Positions 40,892-53,657 of a DNA stretch of 64,000 nt are shown piece after piece. Origin of the DNA: Neodothiora populina. Taxonomy: Eukaryota. Below the pieces are notes generated by a model. It searched no databases. It was not told the DNA's origin and was given only the letters and a program-made list of their open reading frames with translations. A program made the position numbers and the translations under genes. The stretch is from positions 682,001 through 746,000 of the forward strand of contig NW_027191414.1 of assembly GCF_041146345.1 (NCBI RefSeq), given 5' to 3'. Positions within the stretch are counted from its first letter, which is position 1, and every line of letters begins with the position of its first letter.

Positions 40892-42710
40892 CTACCTCAC
40901 CCACTTCTTAGTTATTAGTTTGGCGACATTCATGCCCATGAGTGAACTAGTCTCCATAGTAGAGATGAAACTCTCGATTCCACTCGTGTACCACAATCCT
41001 GCCTCGTCCAACTCGATCTCCTCAAATGTCACCCTCGGATACTCGTATGGGTAGCTGTGCCATACCTTCCTGTACATCCAGCTCACATCGTCCTCTCCCA
41101 TTTCTATGTCATCTTGCGGCAGCGGCAAACCAAAGATGAAGGAGAGAAACGTGCTGTTCACGGTCTCAGGCGAGAAGATCTTGTACAGGAATTCTTTGCC
41201 GTGTCTACCCTCTCGCATGTCCATGGTCGGTCGCAGCGTCGAGATGCTGAAGAACCCTGGCGAGCCCACGCCATTGGGTGAACTACCATATTGTTCACCG
41301 GGCGGTAGTGTCGTCAACACAACCTCCGGAACATTTTGGTCCGATGGTAGATTGAATGCGATCGGCGAGAGACGGTGCCGAGATGTCAGTAACGTGACGT
41401 GCAATTGTACGTAGGGAATCTCATCCGGCACATGATTGGGCTTCGGGTCAATGTTGATGTTGGAAAACTGTTTCGGAGCTGCAAGAATTACTTCATCGTA
41501 GATGGCTTCTTGCTGGACTTGAGCCTCGTCCTTGTCTGCATTAGCCGAGTAAGACAGCTTCATCCCACAGCTGCTGGTCTTTTCGATTGCGTTGACTTGC
41601 GTATTCAACATGACATTTGCATATGAGGCCTCCAGCATGTGAGCAAATATTTGCCAATTGCCACCCTCGACAGCCATTGCGCCTTCGGCAGCTATTGTCT
41701 CGTCAGCGATGATCCTGTCATGATCACAGACACCACTTGCCCATGCAGACCATAGCCTCAAGACCATGTATCAACCCAAGATTCTGCGCGTAATTGACCC
41801 TCGTACTCGCCTGCACAATCTCGTTGGCAAACAACTCGCCCACGGAGTTCTGAGTCAAAAACTGCTCGCCTGTCGACGACGTGACGCCCGTCAAACCAAC
41901 CTCGTGAGCGACATCACTCAGCGAACTCCACGGAAAATAAGGCTCGTTGTACATCTTGAGGAACTTGCCCACCGTGCTCTTCATGAGCCGGATAGTCCTC
42001 AGCGGCGCAAGTCCATACTTCCAGAACAGTTTCGCCGTGTCCCACCAGCCCCTGCTGCCGGGAGCCTGAGTGAAGACAAATTCGCGACCATTCCAGATTC
42101 CCAGTGTTGGAGTGTTACCGTCTACTGCGGCAGACTCGAGGCCATCGATGGAGAGATTGAACTCCTTGACAGCATCAACGAGGTTCCGGTTCACTTGCAC
42201 GAAGACGGAGGCGCCTAGCTCGGCGGGCTGGAATGGGTCGTCGTAGACGTCGACCGTCGTCGAACGACCTCCGACGTAGGATTCTCGCTCGTATACGGTG
42301 ATGTTCAGTCGATGTTGGTCATTGTCGTTGAATTTGCGTAGGTAGTATGCAGTCGATGCTCCCGCGCTGCCCGCTCCTTTGAAAATTCATTAGATGAAAT
42401 GTTATATATAATGATGCATACATCAGAGCAAATTGTTGAATCCTGATACATGAACGATGTTACTGCGAGGCTCACATCCCGAGGCAAAGTGAAAGACAAA
42501 GACATAAATTATGGCGCATCTGAATTGATGGAACGAACGAATAAACATACCTACTATCGCCACATTCTTCACCGGGCGAGAATCGTCCTCATTCTCTCCG
42601 AACACCACTTGCGAGCCAGCAGTAAGCTCTGCTTTGCTGGGAGATACGAGACAGCAGTAAGCGCATACGGCAGCAGCAGCGGTGGACAAGACGCCGTCCG
42701 GCCTCATCAT
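40892..42710 (-). CDS. Prenylcysteine oxidase / farnesylcysteine lyase
   Basis: Signal-like N-terminus, VAIVGAGSAGAS FAD motif, ELGASVFV, STRVNYAQN, VEGGNWQIF and SGIESFISTMETSSLMGMNVA. Introns at 42550-42378 (GT-AG) and 41740-41692 (GC-AG). Confidence 0.9.
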
Positions 42711-43727
42711 GAAAGGGAGGTAGTTTCAGACTCTCACTCAAGTATGTGTAATGTTAATAGAACAAGAACGAGCAGACCATATAGCAATCATCACAAGAAA
42801 CCTCGGTATGCCTTGTACAGTATTCGTTGGTAAACGATGAAGATGGTTATACGATACTTACCTTATCCAAATGTGAACTTACCTTAGGTATGCATCTGCC
42901 CACCAAGGTACCTAGGTAATTAGCCGAGCTTACGAGACGATGGAGACGCCGCCACCCCCGATGATGCACTTGTTTGCTCGTGTTTGCGGCTGCTTATGTG
43001 TGGCTGATGGACCCATCTCTAACCTAACATCATGTCGTTTCAGGTCTTGCTGCAGCAGTGGACATACAGTACATGATGTTCAATGTGGTTGTTTCTCTAT
43101 TCAAGCTTGCATCTGATTGGATTTGGATGAGTCGTTTGTTCGGCTACGGAGTAGTGATTGATTACTGCATTCTGGCGCAGTTTCACCTTAGGTTAGCCCA
43201 TCCTATGATTGATCAAGGGGAACCCTGTCCATCATCACTCATTCTTCGAGTACACAGAACTTCGACCGATAAGGTCGCAGTCACATTCGAAAGGCTCTCT
43301 GTAGCTCTCGTAGTTGCGCTTTTCCATTCCACTCTTATATCTAAAGGTTATGGACAAGCCCTCCCCCTCCTTCTATAATTGGTCAAAGTACGTAGATTGT
43401 ACATTTGACCCGTACAGCCAGCCCTGCCGTTCGTTTGGATCGCCTCATTTATCAATAAGGCATATTATAAGTCATATATGTGTAAAAGCGTGCGGGTCGT
43501 GATTCCATGATAGAGCAATGCACTGGTCATTCAGACTAATGTGCGTGTAGTCTGCTGCGGCTGTATCGAAGACTGATCAGTGGAGCTGTTCACAAGTGTC
43601 AGCGAAGTGAAAGTCTCTTACCATGCCGCGCGAGACCAAGATTAGGTTGTGTCAATGTCCAAGCTTTTGACCAATGGCAGATCGCGAAGGTGTTATGGTC
43701 TACGGGAAATAGACCCAAACAATCGCG

Positions 43728-44099
43728 TCACGAGGACAGCTCTCGCATCGAAGTAGCATCCATAGTCGACACTCTATCCGCAAATGTTGCCGCAGCGCCC
43801 GAGTTGACGGTTCGCATGATGCGCTGGACTTTGAGCTGACCAGCTTTCGGTACAGTGACGAAACGGAGGAGTGCGCAGGCGGCTGTAGAGACGACGAGAG
43901 GGAACAGGTAGTACATGAGCAGCGCCAGGATTGATAGGACAGTTGAATTCAGGATGAGCTTCTCTCCGGGACTCATGACATAGAGCCCGAATGTAACCTC
44001 ATATCTAAAGTATGCTAGCCGCAGGTGATATTCCAACAGGGCAACCGGAGAGCCATTGCCAGGGCGGGAGGGTGCGGTGGGTGGGTTGTAAGTGGGCAT
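43728..44099 (-). CDS. Serine palmitoyltransferase small-subunit-like protein
   Basis: Motif YFRYEVTFGLYVMSPGEKLILNS followed by a TM segment, as in ssSPT-like proteins. Confidence 0.7.
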   Translation of the reverse strand: MPTYNPPTAPSRPGNGSPVALLEYHLRLAYFRYEVTFGLYVMSPGEKLILNSTVLSILALLMYYLFPLVVSTAACALLRFVTVPKAGQLKVQRIMRTVNSGAAATFADRVSTMDATSMRELSS

Positions 44100-45130
44100 G
44101 CTGTAGGATGAGACAAGGTAAGACTCTGAGGAAAAGGCTGAGGTGCGTTGATTGCTTTCAAGATCGTAGTAGAGTGCTGAGCCAGTCCGTGAGGAGGAGG
44201 TAGCAACACGAGCATGCGAGCATAGTTATATGCGAGAGAAAAAAAGATGCTATCATCACTAGGCTGATGTAATGGTATGGTCAGGATAGCCTTACTAGAA
44301 TGCACGGGTTTCACACTCGTCGGGATTGGCGGAAGACATGGCCCATACCAATCACTAAAAGCTACCTTGCGCATTTTCCTCGGGGGTAGCGAACAGTTGC
44401 GGTACAATTCATCGCATACCACTATATGCCTCCGGAGACAACGGAATTACTTCGCGCGCCTCAGGTGACACACAGAGTGGCACAACTGTATGAGCGAGGA
44501 TATGGTGATCAATCGGGAAGCAATGCGCATAACGATCGATCGGAACCAGCATCGATGGAGAAAGCGATGGCCGGAAGGAAGGCATGTCACTTCTGATTAG
44601 AGATGACTTTCTCTGATGCTCTCAGAAAGTCAGCGATCTGGTAGTCATAGCTTGACATTCAATAATGGATGCCCAGTGTGCAATGATGCAAGTAGGGGTG
44701 CAAAAGACTCGGGGTCGAGGACGATGAGACCGGTATAGACCGAAGACGCTAGACCATTTCTTTGGTGAAGCGTAAATTGTTCGGATAATGTACGGATTTG
44801 GTTTGTCTTCTCGGGCTCTGTATACTTGTAGGCATTAATATGAGCGCGACAGAAAGCAATCGAGATCGATCGATAAAGTGCTCTTTTCCTGAGAAAGACG
44901 GCGAATCCGGCAGCTACTCCGGGATAGTCGAGGCTTGGCGGCACAGGGCGTTGTGTTTGTTTGTCTGCGATGTTTGCTTATTTTGTTTAATGCCGAGTCG
45001 GATGTGAAGACGATAGCGCGATAAAGACAGTGGAGAAATATTAATGTATTGATGCCCCTCGTAAACAACACTGGTCGCGACCTAGACTACAACAGCAACA
45101 AGGCAAGTAAAGGCAGTTAACGCGAGCCTC

Positions 45131-48100
45131 ATGTCTGCACAACTGCCTGTACGTCCTTCGAGGCGCACTGTGGCGCGGCGGCGAGCGGTGCTCGATTCGG
45201 ACGACGAAGAAGATACCAAACACAGCATAAACACTGGCGACAACGCCGAGAACGAGGACGAGAGCACTGCTCTGGACGACACACCGGCTCCTAAGAAGAG
45301 TCAAGCGCAGTCCAGGAAGATATCAGATGTGACGGCAACTCCGCGCACCACAGATCACTCGCGCCGCATGCGCCAGTCAATAGAGCCTTCACAGATATTC
45401 AGCCCGCCTGAGAGTGTCATGGACATTGACGACCCTTCCTCTCCGGTACGGTCAGCACCAAAGCCTCAGAGAAGAAGTGTCAAGAATGTTCGCGCTTCGA
45501 GGAAAAGCCATGTGTCTGTAGCAGTCGCAGAGGAAAGTGTAGACCAGTCGCAAACACTGCTCAGTCCGGAGCCTACAGCATCACCCGACGCTGCGAGGGC
45601 TAGACAATCCACGCCTCTTGCTGATATCACCGAAACCGCACTGAACGAACAGCAGACGCCTCGTCCACAGTCTTCCCAGAATGTGCAGAAGGTCGATACC
45701 AACATCACGCATCTGGACAAACCTATGGACATTGTTGTTCGCACTCGCGCTGCGGCATCCATACCAGTATCGCAGGAGCCAACGGAACCCAAGTCCCGCA
45801 CAGTCATCACTCATCTAGTACTAACCAACTTCAAGAGTTATGCTGGCAGGCAAGAAGTTGGTCCATTCCACGCCTCATTTTCCTCTGTGGTCGGACCCAA
45901 TGGCTCCGGCAAGTCCAACGTCATCGACTCTCTATTGTTTGTCTTCGGTTTCCGCGCCAGCAAGATGCGTCAGGGCAAGATCTCTGCGCTCATTCACAAT
46001 TCCGCGCAATTTCCAGATCTAGACTACTGCGAGGTCGAAGTCCACTTCCAGGAAGTCATGGACCAGCCCGGAGGCGGCCACGAGGTTATCCCTGAGTCTC
46101 AGCTCGTCATTTCCAGACGCGCTTTCAAGAATAACCAGAGCAAATACTACATTGATGGGCGCGAATCCAATTTCACAGCAGTCGGCACGCTATTGCGTGA
46201 TCGCGGCGTCGATCTTGACCACAAGCGCTTCCTCATCCTTCAAGGTGAGGTTGAGTCTATTGCCCAGATGAAGCCCAAAGCTGTCGGTGACCATGACGAC
46301 GGTCTTCTCGAATATCTTGAGGACATTATTGGCACTTCCAAGTACAAAACCCCGATCGACGAAGCTGCAGCTGAAACCGAAACCCTGAACGAAGTATGCG
46401 CCGAGAAAAACACCAGAGTGCAGCACGTGGAGAAGGAGAAGAGTGCGCTCGAGGACAAGAAGGACAAGGCTCTGACATTCATCCGCGACGAGAATGAGCT
46501 GGTCACGAAACAATCCGCACTATATCAGATCTACCTTGCAGAATGTTCCGACAACGCCCAGGTCACCGAAGAAGCAATCGGCCAGCTGAATCGCCAACTC
46601 GAGGACGAGCTACAGAAGCATCAAGGCAACCAGGAAGGCATCAAGAGACTTGAGAAGCAGTACAAGGCGGGTGCGAAGGAGGTAGACGAGTTAGAACAGC
46701 AAGCGCAAGTTCTTCTCAAGGAAATGACCAAGCTCGACAAGGAGGCTGTCAAACTGGCCGAAAAGGAGAAATTCCTGAGCAACAAGTCCAAGAAGTTGGA
46801 GAAGACGGCCGAGAGCAGCAAGTTTGGCGTTTCTGAGTCGTCGACACTTGCCACACGCGCTCAAGACGATGTCCAGAGAAACACAACCACCATCTCGGAG
46901 CTTGAGCATGAGATGGAAGCCGAAGAACAGCAGCTCTCGCTGATCCGAGAAACCCTGAAAGGCAAGACCCAGGGCTTCTCCGACCAGATTGCCGCAAAGC
47001 AGAAGACACTCGAGCCATGGAATGCCAAAATAAACGCCAAGCAGTCCGCTATAGCCGTTGCACAAAGCGAGCTCGACATTCTTCGCGAGAGGGAGAACGC
47101 GGGTGCGACAGCTGTACAAGAGGTAGAGCAGAAGATCGCTGCTTTCAATGAAACTCGGGAGAGCAAAGTCGACGAGTACAAGCAATGCAAGCGAGAGAGA
47201 AAGGAGCTGGAGAAGGCAACACAGGACGTTCAAGAGCGCATTCAGGAGTTCCTTGCAAAGGAGCTCGCCATCCGCACCAAAGTGTCAGGCGCTCGTCAAA
47301 AGGCCGATGAAGCTCGTTCCAGTCTCGCCGCCACACAGACACAAGGCAATGTGCTTACCGGTCTCTTACGCCTGAAAGATTCTGGCAGGATACACGGCTT
47401 CCACGGTCGACTTGGCAACCTAGGTGCAATCGACCCCAAGTACGACGTCGCGATCTCTACAGCTTGTCCGTCTCTCGAAAATCTGGTGGTTGATACCGTT
47501 GAAGTCGGCCAGCAGTGTATCGAGTACCTAAGAAAGAACGACCTCGGCCGCGCCAATTTTATCCTGCTAGATCGTCTACCGAAACGTGATCTGTCAGCAA
47601 TCAAGACGCCAGAGAACGTTCCTCGTCTTTTTGATCTGATCAAGTCAAAGCACAACATGTACTTGCCCGCTTTCTACAGCGTGCTTCAAAACACCCTCGT
47701 CGCCAACGACCTAGAGCAAGCCAACCGCATCGCATACGGAGCCCAGCGATGGAGAGTTGTAACCCTGGACGGTCAACTCATCGACAAGTCAGGTACGATG
47801 AGTGGTGGAGGCACGAGAGTGGCACGAGGTGCCATGTCGGCCAAGGTCGTTGCCGATGTTTCGAAGGAGCAAGTCTCAAAGCTGGAGGTCGACAGGGACA
47901 ACCTCGAAGAGATGTACGGCCAGTTCCAGGCCAATCTTAGACAGCTAGAGTCTGAATTGAAGGAGCACCAAGACCGTATCCCCGAAGTCGAGACTCACGC
48001 CCAGAAACTCACTCTGGAAATCGGCAGTCTCGATAGGAACATTGCAGATGCCCAGCAGCGTATCGAGGAACTCGAGGCAGAGAGTCAACCTTCTCAATCA

Positions 48101-49578
48101 AACGGCAAACGTATCGCCGAGCTAAAAAAGATGATCGCAAAACTGGAGAAGGAAGTCGAGGATCTTCAATCAGAAACTGCAGACATCGAGGCCGAGATCA
48201 AATCCCTTCAGGACAACATCATGCAAGTCGGTGGCGTACAACTACGCAGCCAAAAAGCCAAGGTCGATGGGCTGAAGGAGCAGATCGATCATCGCATGGA
48301 AGAGCTTTCTGCTGCTGAAGTATCCAAAGCCAAAGCCGAAAAGCAGCACTCAAAGCACGTGAAGGCCCTAAACGATGCACTGAAGGAACTGGAGAAAGTT
48401 GCTCGGGACCTTGAGAAGGCCCAGAATGACGTTCAAAACCACGCGAGCAGCACTGCTGGCTCTAGGGAAGAAGCAGAAGAGGCTCAGCAGGCGCTGGAGC
48501 TCAAGAAGGACGAACTCCAAGCACTGAAGACAGAGCTCGACGAGCAGGTTGCTGAGCTCAACGAGACCCGTGGCGTCGAGATCGAGATGCGCAACAAGCT
48601 TGAAGAAAACCAGAAGATCCTGGTCGAGAACCAAAAGCGCCTGAAGCACTGGCGCGAGAAGTTGAGCAAGCTAACGCTCCAGAACTACGGTGACGACGGC
48701 GAAGAGCTGGAGCCAATGCCACTGACCGAGTACTCACGCGACGAGTTGGACGAGATGAACAAAGATGACCTGAAAGCTGCGATAGCGCAGCTTGAAGAGT
48801 CCACTTCACAAAGTGTCGAGCTGGCTGTGCTGGCAGAATACAGACGCAGAGTCTCCGAGCACGCTTCTCGAAGCGCCGATCTGAACGAAGCATTAGCAGC
48901 GCGCAACGTTGCCAAAAAGCGCCTCGATGACCTACGCCGTCTGCGTCTCGAAGGATTCATGGAGGGATTCTCCTCGATCTCGCTTCGTCTCAAGGAGATG
49001 TACCAGATGATCACCATGGGCGGCAACGCCGAGCTCGAACTCGTCGACAGTCTCGATCCCTTCAGCGAAGGTATCTTGTTCAGCGTCATGCCTCCTAAGA
49101 AGAGTTGGAGGAACATCAGCAATCTGTCTGGTGGTGAGAAGACGTTGTCGTCGCTTGCACTTGTGTTTGCACTTCATCATTACAAGCCCACCCCACTATA
49201 TGTCATGGACGAGATTGACGCTGCTCTGGATTTCAGAAACGTAAGTACTGATCTGTACCCCCTTTCTTATGATCCTTCCATAATGTGGTTGTCCTCCTTG
49301 ACTATAATTTCGTTACTGACAATCGCAAACCAGGTCTCCATCGTAGCCGCGTACATTAAGGAACGCACGAAGAACGCTCAGTTCATCGTCATCTCCCTCA
49401 GAAACAACATGTTCGAGCTTGCGGCCAGGCTCATCGGCGTGTACAAGGTCAACCACATGGTAAGTGTTACTCCCAACAGGAGTTCGATGAATTTTGTGAC
49501 GTGTATGACTAACAGGCATATGCGCAGACCAAGAGTGTTACTGTAGAGAACAGGGATTACATTACTGGCAGAGCTTGA
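45131..49578 (+). CDS. SMC4: Condensin subunit Smc4
   Basis: NFKSY, Walker A GPNGSGKSN, hinge GFHGRLGNLG, LSGGEK signature and YVMDEIDAALD. Two short 3' introns; last exon TKSVTVENRDYITGRA. Confidence 0.96.
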
Positions 49579-50169
49579 GGTTTTGGTTCGTCGAGTCTGC
49601 GTTGTGCTCAATGAATGTATCGGAGTTTGGGAGATGATTCAGGTTTAGGAAGGACTGTTTATATTCTTGGGTAAGGGTATACGTTCACGACAGGGCCTTG
49701 GCATTGGCGTTTGTAGGGGGATTGTCCTACGTACCATGGTCTGGAATGATACCACTCAATTATGCTTTGCACATGTCAACTAACAATGAACTACTCGTAA
49801 ACATGGTAGATCCGTAAGTCGTGGGCCCTTGGATGACAACTCTTGGGCCGACTCATACCTTGCAAGACACATCACATAAAGGGGGAAAACAGCACTGCTG
49901 CGCAAATTGTAAGACGTACTGATATACGCCACAAAGAGAGTATTATTTCAAGTGACTAGTATGTTTTCAAGAATTTTCCTTGAGTTTCGGGCTTCTGTCC
50001 AGTAGAAGTCCTTTTCTACCCCCCTACTAAATGTACTCACTCGAGCAGGTGCAGCATTTGAAGTGATCGCCGCCGTTCCTTGTCGTTGAGCCAGAATGTC
50101 CGGCATCAGTAATCATCGACCCAATACAGAAGACCCGCGAGAAATCGCATGTGTGGCGAAGTCTGTTGT

Positions 50170-50929
50170 CTAAAAGCTGTAGACAGCGGCAGCCATGACA
50201 ATGACGGCGAAGGCTGGGCCAGCACGAGCAGAAACACCCTTGTTGACGACTGGGCCAACGATGGACGAACTGGCTGCAGCACTGCTGCTTGAGGAGCCGG
50301 AAGCAGTAGTGCTTCCATAGTGGGAAGTCGTAGTCTTGGTGGAAGTGCTGCTTGTGACTTCAGTGGCAGTAGTGGAAGTATCAACAGATTTAGACGGTGG
50401 CACTGAGCTAGCGAGAGAGCTGCCGGGAGGAGCTGTAGTGGAAGAAATCGAAGTGAATGAGTCAACCGGAGAGGAGGCCACAGGGCCAACTTCACTGGAC
50501 GAGTATGGTGAACTGGTGGCTGGGCCAGAGCTTGGGATTGAAGACTGCTCAGTAGATGCAGCGGCTGGGGGGTAGGATGTAATCAAGGACGAGGCAGATG
50601 AACAAGCACTATCGGCGCAAGCAACAGCGACAGTAGTGGTGGAAGTGGCTGTGATGGTTGGAGTGTAAGGAACAGGGAGAGTGCCGAAAGCCGAGCACTC
50701 GCTGATTGTCACAGTAACGGTAGCTATACAAAGTCAACTTTCCATCGAAGGCACTAAGGGAGAAGCTAAGCATACCTGCTTCAAAGAGACCGCATGGGCA
50801 GGTCATGTCTTGAGCAGCAGCAAGAAGGCCTGACACGATTAGCATGATGATCAGACCAAGTCTTTTGTGAAGATACCACATACCGAAGGCGATGACAGCC
50901 AGGGCTTGGAAGATAGCTACGCACTTCAT
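50170..50929 (-). CDS. Ser/Thr-rich secreted, probably GPI-anchored cell wall protein
   Basis: Spliced signal peptide MKCVAIFQALAVIAFGLLAAA, short Cys-containing region, S/T/P-rich body and hydrophobic C-terminus. Two introns. Confidence 0.78.
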
Positions 50930-51830
50930 CTTGACGGAAGTAGAGCAGATGTCTGAAGCTTCTGGTCAGTACTGAGAAGTAGATGATGGTTACAGAAACT
51001 GCTACACTGACTCACAAAAAAGATGTACGAAAGTAAGAGCTACGCTGTTACGAAGGCGTGAAGATGTTATTGGATATAGTTGAGATGTGGTGATGGATGG
51101 AGGCCTCTGGGTTTGAAAATAGTTGGATGCGTGAGGTTGAGGGTGGAAAGGCGATAGAAGAAGCTAGAAATGGCGGTTTATATCACCAACAAAGAAGCGC
51201 TAGTGCGGGAGGTTGGAAAGTGGGAAGACCAAGCAGGAGCATTGTACATGCACAAGGCTTCTGTTCTGTCGACCGACCAGAGGTGAAACACGTTTGGGGC
51301 ACTGATGCATATGCAGTGTACTACTTACTCTTCATTAGCCACGTTACACCGCGGCTATTTACAGCATGTCAGTTCTGATGGCGAAGATGCCAATACACCT
51401 ACCATGCAGAAAGTTGTCCTGCTCTCCTGGATGAAGATATACTGCAAATCAAGGTAACCTACCTGACCTGCCGTTGGCTATAGCACGTTGGTGCAGAGCA
51501 CGGTTGTCCTGATCCAAGGTGCTTGTCCAACGATAAAATATGGTGAGGACGTACCTTCCATTCGCGATTTTGATGCTTCGTTGAGTCGTAGCCAGAGATT
51601 CCTTCCTCACGAATACCATCAGACCAAGCTCGATCCTCAGGCGAGTATTTCAGGACATTTCGCACTCTTGAATTTCCATCTTCTTCTTCATCAGTCACCA
51701 CAAGCAAAGCTCTTACAGCACCACAATCATTCTACTTCTTGGTCGTGCCTTTTGGACTCACAGATATTCTTGTTTTCGTCCAGTTCCACAGGAATCTTTT
51801 TTCCATTACGGTCAGCCAAGAACCGACAAC

Positions 51831-53190
51831 ATGAAGTTCTCAGTCTTCGTCTCCATTACGGCGCTGGCTCTTCCAACCGTTCTCGGTCAACTCGACATCG
51901 GCAGTTAGTCCCTGTATGGCAGTTCGTTACATCTTCGACAAGGCTAACGATATCTTGCAGGCATCATCAACCAGATTGCAGGCTCACTCGGTATGTAGAG
52001 GGTGTGTGTTCTTTGCTTGATGAGGTTGCGTCTGATGTCGTGAATCAGGAATCGTTAGCAATGATACGCACGTCGTTCTTCCAAGCTTGGGCCCAGCATC
52101 TGAAAGCATGAAAACGACTTCCGCAGTCATTGTGCAATACCAGCCAGCTGTTTCAACCTCGACTGTATACGACACCAGTGAAGTCACGGTCTACAGCTGT
52201 GGTCCAGATGTTACCGACTGTCCATTGAGAAGAAAGACATCGGTGGCTGTCGTGACAGCTACAGTGGCTGTGTCCACCACCATCTGTCCGGCCACCATGA
52301 CCAACACCTTCATCGCTCAGTTCACCGTACCGGAGACCTCCACTGGTCCCACTGCTTTGTCGACTTACTCCATCGGAGACACGTCAGAGTCATCATCTCC
52401 ATCAGTCACATCTCCCCCTACGCCTTCATCTTCCCTGGCTACGATCTGGTACACAGCCAGCAGCACCGTGACAATCGGCTCATCCGGATCTTTCAGCTTT
52501 GCGTCATACTTCACATCCACTGGCTCCTCGGGTGGTAGTGGAGGTGGCACCTCAAGTGGTGATGTCTCCTCGACTGGCAGTATCTCCTCGACTAGTGGTG
52601 GTTCTTCGATTGGTAGTAGTGTCTCTTCGATGTTCACATCGGAGTATCCTGCAACCTTGACGCCTTCAAGCAGTACCGCATCTTCGGAGTCTACAAGTAC
52701 GGCTACCAGCACATCCGAGTCATCCGAGTCATCAGTCTCAACAAGCAGTGTCACAACAAGCACTATCATTTCTGCCAGCACTATGACTTCCACACTCACC
52801 AGTGTCAGTTCATCGAGCACCATGACGTCGACTATGACGAGCACGACCATGATGACCAGCACAACCTTGCCACGCCTCAACACCTCGAGCTCAAACAGCG
52901 TCTCATCATCGGATACGCCCCTCGGGTCCATTACTATTCTCGTCGGTAACACCAGCACCTCGGTCGGCTATGAAACTGTGGTACCACTGGCCAATCTCGG
53001 AACTGGCATCACAACGCCAGCCATCAGTGGCCCGACTGCCGGCAACTTCTCTGCACCATCCAGCCCAAGCGTATCGACTCCCTCGGCTCCCACGGCCCCC
53101 ATGATTTATGCTGGTTCTGCGTACAAGCGTGCAGCTGCTGCTCTCACGGCTATCCTGATGGCGACGGTGCTGGCTGTGGTTGTCGGATGA
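51831..53190 (+). CDS. Ser/Thr-rich secreted, probably GPI-anchored cell wall protein
   Basis: [19 protein letters not shown] signal peptide. Two introns join it to the 52087 frame. [14 protein letters not shown] motif, very S/T-rich body and hydrophobic tail [19 protein letters not shown]. Confidence 0.8.
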
Positions 53191-53657
53191 GGCATGCATT
53201 TGCTCGATTGATTGTCCAGATGGGTCGCCAACAGAGGTGATTGTATCAGGCTTTGACTGTTGACTCGGCTTCTCCTCTTCTCCTTTTCCTTTTGTTTTTG
53301 TTTCAACAGATTAGACAATATGTCATTGTACAGTGCATAAGCAGATAGAAAGCAGTAGGATGTGTCCATGTCGGACCATCTATTAGATGAACAGGGATAA
53401 CAGATAGCTCTGCAATGTACTCTTACAAACTTTTGGTGCCTTTTGTCCTTTTCGTCCTTCTGATAAGTGAGGTAGATGTTGTTGAGAATGCAACACGAAC
53501 CCTTTGGCGAGAGCTGCAGACACTGTCGGCAGTAATAGGTCGTCAATGCTTGGCGCGTAGCAACCGCAGATGCATCTCTAGATCTTACATAGCTCATGAC
53601 AGAGTAGGAGATGTACATGTGTATAGACATGTTGGCAAAGCGACCAAGAACAAGAAG

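Noticed and set aside
42378..42550. Long first intron of prenylcysteine oxidase as a stwintron or snoRNA host
   Set aside because: No nested donor/branch/acceptor set and no box C motif found.
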